DNA of 64,000 nucleotides, taken from assembly GCA_040830765.1 (NCBI GenBank), contig JBFOMH010000026.1, positions 56,386 through 120,385 of the forward strand, given 5' to 3'. Below the pieces are notes generated by a model. That model did not search any database, was not told where the DNA came from, and saw only the letters and a program-made list of their open reading frames with translations. A program made the position numbers and the translations under genes. Origin of the DNA: Puniceicoccaceae bacterium (GTDB lineage: Bacteria > Verrucomicrobiota > Verrucomicrobiia > Opitutales > Oceanipulchritudinaceae). Every line of letters begins with the position of its first letter. Position 1 is the first letter of the stretch. This document shows, piece after piece, positions 36,470 to 47,023 of the stretch.

Positions 36470-37513
36470 ATGGTTTTCTTCGGCGTCATCCTTCATGCAA
36501 TCGGCGGTTTTGCGGCCGGCAGTTTTTATCTGCCCTTAAAGCGCATCAAGGACTGGTCATGGGAGAGCGGCTGGTTGTTCAACGGATTCTTCTCATGGAT
36601 CGTTGCTCCACTGGTTGTTGGATTCCTGACGGTACCCTATCTCTTTGACACCCTCTTCAGTGCTCCGGCAGCTTCCCTGATCTGGACCTTCTCATTCGGG
36701 GTGTTATGGGGAATAGGCGGACTGACCTTCGGCCTGTCGGTCCGTTATCTCGGCATGTCGCTCGGATACGCAGTCGTCCTTGGATTTTGTGCGGCATTCG
36801 GAACCCTGATACCGGCGATTTATGACGGCAGGATCGTTGAATTACTGACGACGCTGCCCGGATGGGTCGTGATGGCCGGGATCCTCGTTTGTCTACTGGG
36901 AATTGGCCTCTGCGGCTATGCCGGACATGTCAAGGAACTGGGGATGACCCGGGAAGAGGAGGAAAAGCAGGAATTCCATGTCGGCAAGGGTTTGCTGGTG
37001 GCAGGTTTTTCGGGGGTGATGAGCGCCTGTATGGCGTTTGCCTTTGCGGCGGGCAAACCGATAGCCGAGTCGGCGGTCGAGCACGGGACGGATCCGCTTT
37101 GGGTCAACAGCGCGGTGCTGGTAGTTATCCTCCTTGGTGGCTTCGTCACAAATCTGGCCTGGTGCGTATTCCTGATGACCAAAAACCGTAATTGGAGTGA
37201 TTACTCGAATAGGAGTACCCCGTTGCTGAAGAATTACAGCTTCGCGGCAATTGCCGGAGTTACCTGGTATCTCCAGTTCATGTTTTACGGAATGGGATCC
37301 ACGAAGATGGGGGAGTACGATTTCACCAGCTGGACCTTGCACATGTCCTTCATCATCATTACCAGTAATTTATGGAGCCTTTATCTGAAGGAGTGGAAAG
37401 GGACCGGGAGGAAAGCGACGAGAGTGCTGGTGAGTGGAATATTGGTGATTGGGCTTTCAACCGTTCTCATCGGCCTCGGCAATTATCTCCAGGCTGCTAC
37501 CGCCAGCCATTGA
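36470..37513 (+). CDS. rhaT: L-rhamnose/proton symporter family transporter
   Basis: HAIGGFAAGSFYLPLKRIKDWSWESGW, WGIGGLTFGLSVRYLGMSLG, WYLQFMFYGMG, SWTLHM. Confidence 0.88.
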   Translation: MVFFGVILHAIGGFAAGSFYLPLKRIKDWSWESGWLFNGFFSWIVAPLVVGFLTVPYLFDTLFSAPAASLIWTFSFGVLWGIGGLTFGLSVRYLGMSLGYAVVLGFCAAFGTLIPAIYDGRIVELLTTLPGWVVMAGILVCLLGIGLCGYAGHVKELGMTREEEEKQEFHVGKGLLVAGFSGVMSACMAFAFAAGKPIAESAVEHGTDPLWVNSAVLVVILLGGFVTNLAWCVFLMTKNRNWSDYSNRSTPLLKNYSFAAIAGVTWYLQFMFYGMGSTKMGEYDFTSWTLHMSFIIITSNLWSLYLKEWKGTGRKATRVLVSGILVIGLSTVLIGLGNYLQAATASH

Positions 37514-37546
37514 ATTTCAGAATATAAGCAGAAGGAAAACCTCATT

Positions 37547-38953
37547 ATGAAAACAGGAATTTTCTCAATTGGACTGGATTCCTACTGGCCGCAGTTTGAC
37601 GGGTTAAGGGACAACCTGAATGGGTATCATGTCGAGATTCGCGATCGTATTTCGGCAATGGGCGTCGAGATGGTGGATGCCGGCATGGTCGACAATGTCG
37701 AGCGGGCGCATGAGGCTGCGGCCCTTTTCAAGCGTGAAGACGTTGACCTGATATTCCTGTTTATCTCCACTTATGCCCTCTCGTCGACCGTATTGCCGGT
37801 CGTGCAGAAGACCAAGGTTCCGGTGGTAATGCTCAACCTGCAGCCTGTCGCGCAGCTGGACTATGAAAAGTTCAATACAATCGGCGATCGGGGCACGATG
37901 ACGGGTATCTGGCTGGAGCATTGCCAGTCCTGCAGTGTCCCGGAGCTGGCTTGTGTCTTCAACCGGGCGGGAATCGACTACCATGTGGTAACCGGTTACC
38001 TGCAGGAAACGGAGGCCTGGGATGAGATTGAGGACTGGGTGGATGCCGCCAAGGTTGTCGTCGGCATGAGGGAAAACCGGGTCGGTGTGCTGGGACACTA
38101 TTATTGTGGAATGCTCGATGTATATTCCGACCTGACGCAGCAGTCGGCAGCCTTCGGCAATCACTTCGAGATCGTGGAAATGTGCGAGGTCTCTGACCTG
38201 CGGAAAGCGGTCACGGATGATGAGGTCGCGCAAAAAGTAGCGGAATTCAATGACAAATTCGATGTGTCGGAAGAATGTGAGCAGGCCGAGATAGAACGCG
38301 CCGCGAAGACCTCAGTAGCCCTGGATAAACTGGTTGAGAAGCACGACCTTGGCTCGATGGCATATTACTATGAGGGTAGCGGCGAATATGAGAACATCGT
38401 TACCTCCGTCATAGCCGGCAATACCCTGCTGACGGGACGGAATGTTCCGGTGGCGGGTGAATGTGAAATAAAGAACGTCCAGGCCATGAAGATTATGGAT
38501 CTGTTTGGGGTGGGCGGCTCTTTTTCGGAATTCTACCTCTCCGATTTCAAGGATGATGTGCTGTACCTTGGCCATGATGGCCCCGCCCACTTTGCCATCG
38601 CCGAAGGACGGGTCGGCCTGGTCCCGCTGCCGGTCTATCATGGCAAACCGGGCAAGGGGCTCTCCATTCAAATGACAGTACAGCATGGTCCGGTCACCCT
38701 GCTATCGGTGGTTCAAAAAGGGGATGGTTCGGTCCTCCTGCAAGTTGCGGAGGGGGAATCCGTTCCCGGCCCCATCATGCAGATCGGCAATACCAACAGC
38801 CGCTACAAATTCAGTATTGGGGCCAAGGCCTTCATGAATGACTGGTCAAAAGGGGGTCCTTCCCACCATTGTGCAATCGGGGTGGGGCATATCGCCGGCA
38901 AGGTTGAGAAGCTGGGCGAGCTCCTTGGGTTGGATGTTAACCGAATCTGTTGA
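37547..38953 (+). CDS. L-fucose/L-arabinose isomerase family protein
   Basis: GLDSYWPQF, AGECEIKN, FSEFY, GHDGPAH, GPSHHCAIGVGH. Confidence 0.82.
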   Translation: MKTGIFSIGLDSYWPQFDGLRDNLNGYHVEIRDRISAMGVEMVDAGMVDNVERAHEAAALFKREDVDLIFLFISTYALSSTVLPVVQKTKVPVVMLNLQPVAQLDYEKFNTIGDRGTMTGIWLEHCQSCSVPELACVFNRAGIDYHVVTGYLQETEAWDEIEDWVDAAKVVVGMRENRVGVLGHYYCGMLDVYSDLTQQSAAFGNHFEIVEMCEVSDLRKAVTDDEVAQKVAEFNDKFDVSEECEQAEIERAAKTSVALDKLVEKHDLGSMAYYYEGSGEYENIVTSVIAGNTLLTGRNVPVAGECEIKNVQAMKIMDLFGVGGSFSEFYLSDFKDDVLYLGHDGPAHFAIAEGRVGLVPLPVYHGKPGKGLSIQMTVQHGPVTLLSVVQKGDGSVLLQVAEGESVPGPIMQIGNTNSRYKFSIGAKAFMNDWSKGGPSHHCAIGVGHIAGKVEKLGELLGLDVNRIC

Positions 38954-38981
38954 AGCTAAATTAGTCCCTGAGGAAAGTTAC

Positions 38982-40082
38982 ATGAAAACCGCACTTCTAC
39001 GCCGTATCATCGGGCTTTCACTAACCTGCTGCGGTCTTCTGGCGGTGCCGTTGTTGGCGCTCGATCGTCCGGGGCGGGAATTCAAGATCTACCAGTTTCC
39101 CGCGGCTGCGATTCCCCGCATCGACGGTAATGACGATGACTGGTCCATGGTGCCGGAGAGCTACGAGATCGGGACCAGTGAACTCTGGGACAGCACGGGC
39201 AAAATTGAAGGTATCCAGCCGGAAAGCCTGGATGTGCGCGTTCGCGTGGGCTGGGTCAAGGGCATGAACCGCCTTTATTTCCTCTATGAGGCCTATGACG
39301 ACTATTGGGATTTTTCCCGTCCCGGCCTGAGAAATGACACCTTCGAGGTTGTTGTCGACGGAGACCTCTCCGGAGGACCCTTTGTCGATAAATTCCGGAT
39401 CAATGAAGACATCCTCAGCAGGGAGGAGGCATATTTCACGATTCACTCCGTGCACGCGCAGAATTATCATATCTTCACGCCCGCCCGGGAGAAGTCATGG
39501 GCCATGTTCTGGGGGATCCAGCAATGGCTGAAATCGCTCCCTTATTCAAATGTCGTTTACCGATACGACTTTGAACCGGGGGAGAGCGGACGGTTGACCA
39601 TGGAGTTTTATATCACGGCCTATGATCATGCCTCTCCCAAAGGGGCCGCTTATTCCACCCAAAGCACCTTCGAGGAGAATAAGGTCATTGGCTTGTGCTG
39701 GGCCATTATCGACTACGATGATGCAACCAGTGAACGGAGCTCCGGCTTCTGGAACCTGTCCTCCAGCCACACCATGTTTGGCAAGGCGGATGAGTTGGTG
39801 GCTTTCCGGTTGATGCCGCTGGAGGATGAGCATGTGCCGGCAATCGAGGCCGCATGGGATTTTTCGGTTATCGACAGGCAGCGAAGAGTGGTCGCCTTCC
39901 ATGACAAATCCATCGGCGAAGTTGATGGCTGGCATTGGGACTTTGGTGATGAAACCACTTCGACCGAGCAGCATCCGGTCCACACTTATGCAGAAGGAGG
40001 AAAGTATGTTGTTGTTCTAACCGTGGAAGGACCCCAGGGAACCTCCAGATTCTCCCGTGTTTGGGATGTGAGCCTGCCATGA
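38982..40082 (+). CDS. Secreted protein with CBM9/DOMON-like domain and C-terminal PKD domain
   Basis: Signal peptide from ATG 38982; PRIDGNDDDW, NDTFEVVVDGD; PKD motif WHWDFGD...QHPVHTY...YVVVLTV. Confidence 0.78.
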   Translation: MKTALLRRIIGLSLTCCGLLAVPLLALDRPGREFKIYQFPAAAIPRIDGNDDDWSMVPESYEIGTSELWDSTGKIEGIQPESLDVRVRVGWVKGMNRLYFLYEAYDDYWDFSRPGLRNDTFEVVVDGDLSGGPFVDKFRINEDILSREEAYFTIHSVHAQNYHIFTPAREKSWAMFWGIQQWLKSLPYSNVVYRYDFEPGESGRLTMEFYITAYDHASPKGAAYSTQSTFEENKVIGLCWAIIDYDDATSERSSGFWNLSSSHTMFGKADELVAFRLMPLEDEHVPAIEAAWDFSVIDRQRRVVAFHDKSIGEVDGWHWDFGDETTSTEQHPVHTYAEGGKYVVVLTVEGPQGTSRFSRVWDVSLP

Positions 40083-40191
40083 AGGGGCAGGATCTCGTAA
40101 TCCGACTGGACGAGAATATGCGTAGTTCCCATATCTTGAAATTTGTTAGCTTGTTTTTCCTCTTGATTAGTTGATCAATAATCAACCACAC

Positions 40192-42456
40192 ATGCCCCGA
40201 CTATTAGTCCATGTTGTTTTCATCAGTATTTGCCTCCTGAGTATACAGGAAGCGGTAGCCACCGATGAGGAAACAGAGCAGATGGTCCATCGGCTTGCAG
40301 CGATCGACCGCAACCAGGATCCAAGAAGCAACGGTTACTTGAGCAGTCAACGCGTTGCCATGATGAAACGGTCACTATCCCTCGATGTGTCGATGGGCCA
40401 GCAGATCGAAGATCGATTTTTGCTCGCCGTGGAGCATGTGCGGGCCAATCAGAACGCGGAGGCTATTGACTTGATGGAGCAGATCCAGGCCGCGATTCGA
40501 CATATCCCGAAAGGGGAGATTAAACCGATCCGTCGCAGATTCAACAATCTTCATGCCCTTGCCTGGATCCGCTACGGTGAACAGGAAAACTGTGTACAGA
40601 ATCACTCCTCGGATTCGTGCCTGTTTCCGATCTCAGGTAATGGCATTCACCAACTTACACGAGGATCGACTCAAGCGACAAAGGTTCTACTGGACCACCT
40701 CGAGTCTGACCCTGACGATCAGAAAGCCCGGTGGTTACTGAATCTCGCATCGATGACCCTTGGTAACTACCCTGAGGGGGTGCCTCCTCAGTTTCTCATC
40801 CCTCCTGGAGCCTTTGATTCCGATTATTCCCTGCAGCGTTTCACTGATATCGCACCAATTGCCGGAATCGCCATAAATAGTCTGGCGGGTGGAGGAGTTA
40901 TGACAGATTTCAACAACGATGGTTTTTTGGATCTGATGGTCTCCTCATGGTCGCTGCAGGATCAGGTCCATCTCCTGATTAGTAAAGGCGATGGAACCTT
41001 TGAAAACCAGACCGAGCAAGCGGGAATTTCAGGTATTACAGGTGGGCTCAACATGCAATACGCGGATTACGACAACGATGGCGACTCTGATGTCCTGATC
41101 CTGCGCGGTGCCTGGTTGTTTCAGGCAGGGCGTCACCCGAATTCCTTGCTGCGGAACAATGGCGACGGAACTTTCAGCGATGTAACCCAATCTGCCGGCT
41201 TGCTGAGTTTCCTACCGACACAAACTGCAACCTGGGCGGATTTCAATAACGATGGCTGGCTCGATCTTTTCATCGGTAACGAATCTCCACAAGGCCTTGG
41301 AGGCGAATCGGTGCAAGGTTGGCTCAGCACTCAGCAAACAAGTGGAGTTCTGTATCCCTGCGAATTGTATATGAATAACAAGGACGGTTCGTTCACCAAT
41401 CTTGCCTCGGAGGCAGGATTGCAAATACACGCCTGGGTGAAAGGGGTCGCCAGCGGAGATTTTGATAACGATGGGTGGACTGACCTTTATCTCTCTATCC
41501 TTGGAGCTCCGAACAAGCTCTTCCGTAATCGAGGTGTTGATTCAGCCGGGCAACCCTCTTTTGAGGATGTGTCGCTGAAAGCTGGTGTCACGGAACCGGT
41601 CAACTCGTTCCCCTGCTGGTTCTGGGATTACGACAATGACGGATGGGAAGATCTTTTCGTAGCCGGATACCAGATGGACAGTATTGAAGCAGTCACTGCA
41701 TCATATTCAGGCAGAGAATCGAAAATTGGAACTCCCCGAATTTACCGGAATAAAGGAGACGGTAGCTTCGAGGACGTTTCCGCTTCAGCGGGGCTGGAGC
41801 AGTGCTGGTTGCCTATGGGGGCGAACTTTGGCGACCTGGATAACGATGGGTTCCCGGACTTTTACGTGGCAACAGGGGAACCTGGCATGGATATGATTTT
41901 GCCCAATAAGATGTATCGGAACGACCGTGGGAAGACATTTCAGGATGTTACAACTTCAGGTGGATTTGGTCACTTGCAGAAGGGTCATGCCGTTTCCTTT
42001 GGCGATTTCGACAATGACGGGGATCAGGATGTCCACACGGTTATGGGTGGGGCATTTGAGGGGGACCGCTATATGAATGCCCTCTTTGAGAATCCGGGTA
42101 ATGACAATCATTGGCTCAAACTGGAGTTGGTCGGTACTGAGTCGAACCGGAGCGGCATTGGTGCCCGCATTCACGTCAGTGTACAAACGCCGGACGGGTC
42201 CAGGTCTATCCACAAAACAGTGGGGACTGGTGGCAGCTTCGGCGGCAATCCTACACGGCAGGAACTCGGTCTCGGGAATGCGGAAACCATTGAATCACTT
42301 ACCGTTTACTGGCCAGCATCTCAAACCAGGCAGGTTTTTCGCAATGTAATGCCCGATCATACTTACCGGATACGCGAAGATTCAGAGTCACTTGAACGCA
42401 TGCAGATCCCGGTTTTTACAACTCGAAAGAAATCAGCTGACACCCACCATCACTAA
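40192..42456 (+). CDS. CRTAC1-family protein (FG-GAP repeats + ASPIC/UnbV) with helical N-terminal region
   Basis: Multiple DFNNDG/DYDNDG repeats; [10 protein letters not shown]...GIGARI...LGLG...VYWP ASPIC/UnbV domain; signal peptide. Confidence 0.88.
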   Translation: MPRLLVHVVFISICLLSIQEAVATDEETEQMVHRLAAIDRNQDPRSNGYLSSQRVAMMKRSLSLDVSMGQQIEDRFLLAVEHVRANQNAEAIDLMEQIQAAIRHIPKGEIKPIRRRFNNLHALAWIRYGEQENCVQNHSSDSCLFPISGNGIHQLTRGSTQATKVLLDHLESDPDDQKARWLLNLASMTLGNYPEGVPPQFLIPPGAFDSDYSLQRFTDIAPIAGIAINSLAGGGVMTDFNNDGFLDLMVSSWSLQDQVHLLISKGDGTFENQTEQAGISGITGGLNMQYADYDNDGDSDVLILRGAWLFQAGRHPNSLLRNNGDGTFSDVTQSAGLLSFLPTQTATWADFNNDGWLDLFIGNESPQGLGGESVQGWLSTQQTSGVLYPCELYMNNKDGSFTNLASEAGLQIHAWVKGVASGDFDNDGWTDLYLSILGAPNKLFRNRGVDSAGQPSFEDVSLKAGVTEPVNSFPCWFWDYDNDGWEDLFVAGYQMDSIEAVTASYSGRESKIGTPRIYRNKGDGSFEDVSASAGLEQCWLPMGANFGDLDNDGFPDFYVATGEPGMDMILPNKMYRNDRGKTFQDVTTSGGFGHLQKGHAVSFGDFDNDGDQDVHTVMGGAFEGDRYMNALFENPGNDNHWLKLELVGTESNRSGIGARIHVSVQTPDGSRSIHKTVGTGGSFGGNPTRQELGLGNAETIESLTVYWPASQTRQVFRNVMPDHTYRIREDSESLERMQIPVFTTRKKSADTHHH

Positions 42457-44687
42457 AACAGGGACTCATTCCGCATGACATCGATATCCGGCTTGTTATC
42501 CAACTCGGCGCGAAGAAAACGAGGATCCGTTGAAGGTGCCTGACAAGCAAAGTCCCGGCACACATAGACGGTTGCCTTACCATCAAGGGACTCCTGATAA
42601 CGGGTGAATGGGGCAAGTTCAGCGATATCCGGGATTTCATCCGTATCGGGCCGAAAGAGGAGCACCTTGTTCGGAAAATAGGTGGTTCGGGCAACCCGCA
42701 ACATGTCCTCAACGTCCTCGCTGCCCGGTTCTCCGGCAATGACGATTTCCACCGATGGCCCGAGGGCAAAATCCACCGCACACATCAACTGACAGTAACT
42801 TGTCGATCCCTCGTTGAGGTTCCCTGAGATGGCCTCAAGCAGCTTCTGTGAGTGCTCCTCGTAGGAGGTGTTGCCGGTCATGCGGTAGAGGCGGATTAGA
42901 TTCAAGGCAGCGACGGAATTGCCGGAAGGTATGGCCCCGTCGGCGAATTTCTTGCTCCGGAAGAGCAGTTCCTCCCCATCGGAAGCGGTCATGAAGAAGC
43001 CACCCGTCTGGTCGTCCCCAAAAAGCTTGAGCATCCAGTCGGTTAATTCGATTGAGGCTTGCAGGTAACGCACCTCGAAAGTGGCCTCATAAAGGTCGAG
43101 CAATCCCCATACGAGGAAGGCGTAGTCGTCCAGATGTGCAGGTAATCCGGCATCACCAAGACGGTAACGCTTCCAGAGCCGGCCATTGTCCTGCCGCAGG
43201 TGGGCAAGGATGAAGTCTGCCCCGCGTTGTGCCGCCTCAATATAGCGTGAGTCGTCGAGTGCCATGCCTGATTGAGCCAACGCTGCGATCACCAAACCGT
43301 TCCAGTCGGTGAGGATTTTGTCATCCTTCAGGGGGCGGGTCCGCTGGTCACGGACGGTAAGCAGCTTTTTCCTGAGCTGATCAATACGTTTCTGCTGTGC
43401 TCCCACTCCGTCCGGCTGGTTATCCGAATCCCTGCTGAGGAACGGGACATTCCTGCCCGTGGAGCGGCGGGATGAGGGATCAAGGAAATTCCCTTCAGCG
43501 CTGATATTGAATTGAGTGCAGAACCATTCCCCGTCTTCGGCACCGAGAACAGCCATAATTTCATCGTACTTCCACAGATAGAACAGACCCTCCTCTTCCT
43601 CACTCTCGGCGTCTTCGGCAGAGTAAAAGCCGCCCTTTGGAGCGGTCATGTCCCGCAAGACATAGGCCAGGATTTCATGTGTGGTGGCTGCATAGGTTTC
43701 CCGGCCGGTGGCGAGGTAGGCCTCGGTGTAGGCCATGGCCAGCAGTGCCTGGTCATAAAGCATCTTTTCAAAGTGGGGAATCTGCCATTCCCGATCCACG
43801 CTGTAGCGATGAAAACCATACCCGACTTGATCGTAAATGCCGCCCTTGCGCAATTTTTTCAGGGTATTTTCGGCCATGACCAGGGCGCTTTCATCCCCGG
43901 TGCGCTTCCAGTACCTGAGTAGGAAAGTCAGCTTGTGAGGGGTAGGGAACTTGGGCGCGCGGCCGAACCCGCCCTCTGCACTGTCGTAGGCCTCTTTCAA
44001 CGCCTTAAAGGTGGCATCGAGCGTCTTTTCACTGACGCCTGCACCGGACAGCAGTTGAATTTCCTCTTGAAGCTGCAGGCTCATCTGCTCCGCCGTTTGC
44101 TTCACGCTTTCCCTCCTATCCTGCCATAACTTCACCGTATGCCCGATCAAATCCAGGAATCCGGGTTGGCCCATCTTGCCTTCCTTCGGGAAATAGGTGC
44201 CGGCGAAAAAGGGAAGTTTGTCGGGTGTCATGAATACAGTCACCGGCCAGCCTTTTTGTCCGGAAAGACGCTGGGTCGCCACCATGTAAACATGATCGAC
44301 ATCCGGGCGCTCCTCCCGGTCGACCTTGATGCAGATGAAGTGTTCATTCAACAAGGCAGCGACCGATTCATCCTCGAATGACTCCCGCTTCATGACATGG
44401 CACCAGTGGCAGGTGGCATAGCCGATGGAAAGAAATACCGGCTTATCCTCTTTCCTGGCCATGGCGAATGCCTCTTCCCCCCATGGATACCAGTTTACCG
44501 GATTGTCCGCATGTTGCAGCAGATAGGGACTCTTCTCGTGGATCAGGCGGTTGAAGCCGGGCCCACCATCAGGCGGCAGCAACGAGACCTCTTCACTGCT
44601 TGGTAAAGCTGCGCTGCCTTGGAGATTATGTGCGCCTGTTAGGAGCAATCCTGTTATTCCCAACAGGCATAGACGGGTGCAATCCAT
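42453..44687 (-). CDS. Thioredoxin-domain-containing protein, YyaL/SSP411 (SPATA20) family
   Basis: [60 protein letters not shown]. Confidence 0.92.
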   Translation of the reverse strand: MDCTRLCLLGITGLLLTGAHNLQGSAALPSSEEVSLLPPDGGPGFNRLIHEKSPYLLQHADNPVNWYPWGEEAFAMARKEDKPVFLSIGYATCHWCHVMKRESFEDESVAALLNEHFICIKVDREERPDVDHVYMVATQRLSGQKGWPVTVFMTPDKLPFFAGTYFPKEGKMGQPGFLDLIGHTVKLWQDRRESVKQTAEQMSLQLQEEIQLLSGAGVSEKTLDATFKALKEAYDSAEGGFGRAPKFPTPHKLTFLLRYWKRTGDESALVMAENTLKKLRKGGIYDQVGYGFHRYSVDREWQIPHFEKMLYDQALLAMAYTEAYLATGRETYAATTHEILAYVLRDMTAPKGGFYSAEDAESEEEEGLFYLWKYDEIMAVLGAEDGEWFCTQFNISAEGNFLDPSSRRSTGRNVPFLSRDSDNQPDGVGAQQKRIDQLRKKLLTVRDQRTRPLKDDKILTDWNGLVIAALAQSGMALDDSRYIEAAQRGADFILAHLRQDNGRLWKRYRLGDAGLPAHLDDYAFLVWGLLDLYEATFEVRYLQASIELTDWMLKLFGDDQTGGFFMTASDGEELLFRSKKFADGAIPSGNSVAALNLIRLYRMTGNTSYEEHSQKLLEAISGNLNEGSTSYCQLMCAVDFALGPSVEIVIAGEPGSEDVEDMLRVARTTYFPNKVLLFRPDTDEIPDIAELAPFTRYQESLDGKATVYVCRDFACQAPSTDPRFLRAELDNKPDIDVMRNESLF

Positions 44688-46969
44688 TAATCTGAGTGCT
44701 CAATCAGGTGGTATTTATTGATAGCCGGGTTCTCAAGCCGCTTTTTGGAACCGTCCATCCAAGTAACTTCAATATATTCGACCGTGGTGCTCTGGCCGAT
44801 TCCGAAGTGCTTGATAGCCGCATGCTGCGACTCATAGGAATCCCCGTTGAGATTGGCGCTGGCGTGGACTTTTCCTCCCGCGGATACAAGGATGCTGGCC
44901 GCTGTCGATGAGGGCGCTCCTTTCTTGTCCTCAAGACGCACACCGATGAAATTTCCCGTTTCCGGAATCTGGTTCAAATAGACTTCCAGCGTGGTCCCTT
45001 GGGTGGGTGGATCCCAATCCGGGGGAGAGGAATCAATAATCAGGTCGAGACGACCATCCATGTTCACGTCATCTGCCACGACCATGCGGCAGTCACGTTC
45101 CAGGGCGACGCCTGCCAGGTAGGAAATATTGCGAGAACGACCATCCGGCATGGGCATGAAGAGGAAGTTGTGCTCAAAACCATTCCATGAAATACCGTGT
45201 TCCTCCTTGTGGCTCATCTTCTCACCGAAGTAGTCCTGGTACAGAGGATTCTCAATCGAGGAACCCCGGTAAATATCATCCGTCCAGTAGCTGGTGCAAT
45301 AATCACGAGCTGTCGTGTTGCTGTCGTGGCCATTGCCGACATAAAATTCGATGTCCCCGTCATTATCGAAGTCCACGGTGACAACGCCCCACGACCAGCC
45401 TGTGCGGGCAACCTGACCCGCATTAGAAGGCTGCTCGAAAGCACCGTTTGCCTGTGAGTAATAGAGCCGGTTGCCGAACGTCATGGGAATGCGCATCCGG
45501 GTGAGCTCCTCCATATCTTCGGGTTGTGCCCCCATTTTGTGCAACCGGCTGGCGGTTGTTGAGGACATGCCAATCGCATACAGGTCGAGGCGGCCATCGT
45601 AATTGAAGTCCGCAAAGGAGTGACTCATGCCAAACAGGAAACGCTCTTCGAAAGTCTCGGATGTCACGTCCTTGAATGTCCCGGAACCGTCGTTTTCAAA
45701 GAGGTCGATCCCTGAGAAGTCACAGACGTTGAGCAGGTCAAGGTCGCCATCCTGGTCATAGTCAAAAAAGGAACTGGAGTAGATCCGGCGAAACCGCTTT
45801 TCCGTGATCCCCCGCTGGCGTGTTTCTTCCTTGAAGGTGATGCCATCTCCCTGATTGACCAGAAGATAGGACGGGTGTCCGTCATTGGCATCAAAGAACG
45901 GGGTAGGCATGCTTCCCCCCACGTATGGGTCCTTGTATTGCCCAAGCCAGAGATCCAGATCCCCGTCCCCGTCGATGTCGCCAGCTGTCAGGGTCGTGTC
46001 CGCCTTCACCTCCAGGAGGGAATCGATGACAAGGGGTTCAGGACTTGCTTCAAATTTGCCGCCAGCGCTGCCTTTGAATATGAACATACCAATTAGTTCA
46101 GGCGCTCCAAACGACAAGACGACAGAGCCATCGATGATCAGGTCGGTATGTCCATCCTGGTTGAAATCGGCCAGAACCGCTGAGCGGCAGTTGGTGACAG
46201 CCGCTTTGTTAAGTTTCGCCTGTCGATAGTCGTTTCCCGTGTTCCATGCTATTTGGTTGGCTTTGGGAAGAATTATTTCGGAGAACCCATTCCTGTCCAA
46301 ATCATACGCCAGCACAGGGCCACGCTGGAGAGGCGGAATGTCGAATATACCCAAGCGCCTGAATAAAGGTTCACCCTTGCGTTGCAGTATCTCCAATTCC
46401 GTCACTTCAATTTTCTCAGGAACATATATTCCTTCTGCGCTTTTCCCAGCCTTCCACACCACCCGGAAGCGGCCGTCAAGAATTACCCGGGTGTTCAAAG
46501 GGGCGTTTTTCACGTGCAGGGTAAATGAAAAGACTGACTCGCTGGGGGCATCTTCACCGGCAATGAATTCCTTGTGGTGCCACTCCGTCTGGTCCAGGGC
46601 GTAGCCAAGAGTTTCCATACTCTCCAGCCAGCTTTGCCACTCCGTGTAGGACATGGCCCGGTTGGCTTTACCGATGGTCCTTCCTTCGATGCCGTGATCC
46701 AGGGTGACGGCATCCGAAAATTCCCCAAACTTCAGGCTGCTGAAGGAAAAGGACTTGAAGACCTCTTCAGGCTCATCCGAATTACGCAGGTCATCCCAGA
46801 ACTGGATGAACGCTGTCTCGTATTCCTGCGCCAGGGTCTCATTCTGCCACACTGTCGTTTGTTTGGCCGCCCGGTCTTCCAAAAGGGATTCCAGATCGGA
46901 GCCGGACACAGTGGGCAGTGATAGGAGAAAGGCGAGTAGGGGAATGGACTTGAATGGAATTGAATTCAT
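44687..46969 (-). CDS. CRTAC1-family protein (FG-GAP + ASPIC/UnbV) with extra N-terminal domain
   Basis: DxDxDGDLD repeats, GWSWG...DFDNDG, C-terminal KHFGIG...IEVTW; TAATG overlap with the YyaL-family gene. Confidence 0.85.
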   Translation of the reverse strand: MNSIPFKSIPLLAFLLSLPTVSGSDLESLLEDRAAKQTTVWQNETLAQEYETAFIQFWDDLRNSDEPEEVFKSFSFSSLKFGEFSDAVTLDHGIEGRTIGKANRAMSYTEWQSWLESMETLGYALDQTEWHHKEFIAGEDAPSESVFSFTLHVKNAPLNTRVILDGRFRVVWKAGKSAEGIYVPEKIEVTELEILQRKGEPLFRRLGIFDIPPLQRGPVLAYDLDRNGFSEIILPKANQIAWNTGNDYRQAKLNKAAVTNCRSAVLADFNQDGHTDLIIDGSVVLSFGAPELIGMFIFKGSAGGKFEASPEPLVIDSLLEVKADTTLTAGDIDGDGDLDLWLGQYKDPYVGGSMPTPFFDANDGHPSYLLVNQGDGITFKEETRQRGITEKRFRRIYSSSFFDYDQDGDLDLLNVCDFSGIDLFENDGSGTFKDVTSETFEERFLFGMSHSFADFNYDGRLDLYAIGMSSTTASRLHKMGAQPEDMEELTRMRIPMTFGNRLYYSQANGAFEQPSNAGQVARTGWSWGVVTVDFDNDGDIEFYVGNGHDSNTTARDYCTSYWTDDIYRGSSIENPLYQDYFGEKMSHKEEHGISWNGFEHNFLFMPMPDGRSRNISYLAGVALERDCRMVVADDVNMDGRLDLIIDSSPPDWDPPTQGTTLEVYLNQIPETGNFIGVRLEDKKGAPSSTAASILVSAGGKVHASANLNGDSYESQHAAIKHFGIGQSTTVEYIEVTWMDGSKKRLENPAINKYHLIEHSD

Positions 46970-47023
46970 AACATTGGGGAAGGTTTTGTCGGGGTTTCAA
47001 TTTTGATTCGGATGATGGGCAAG

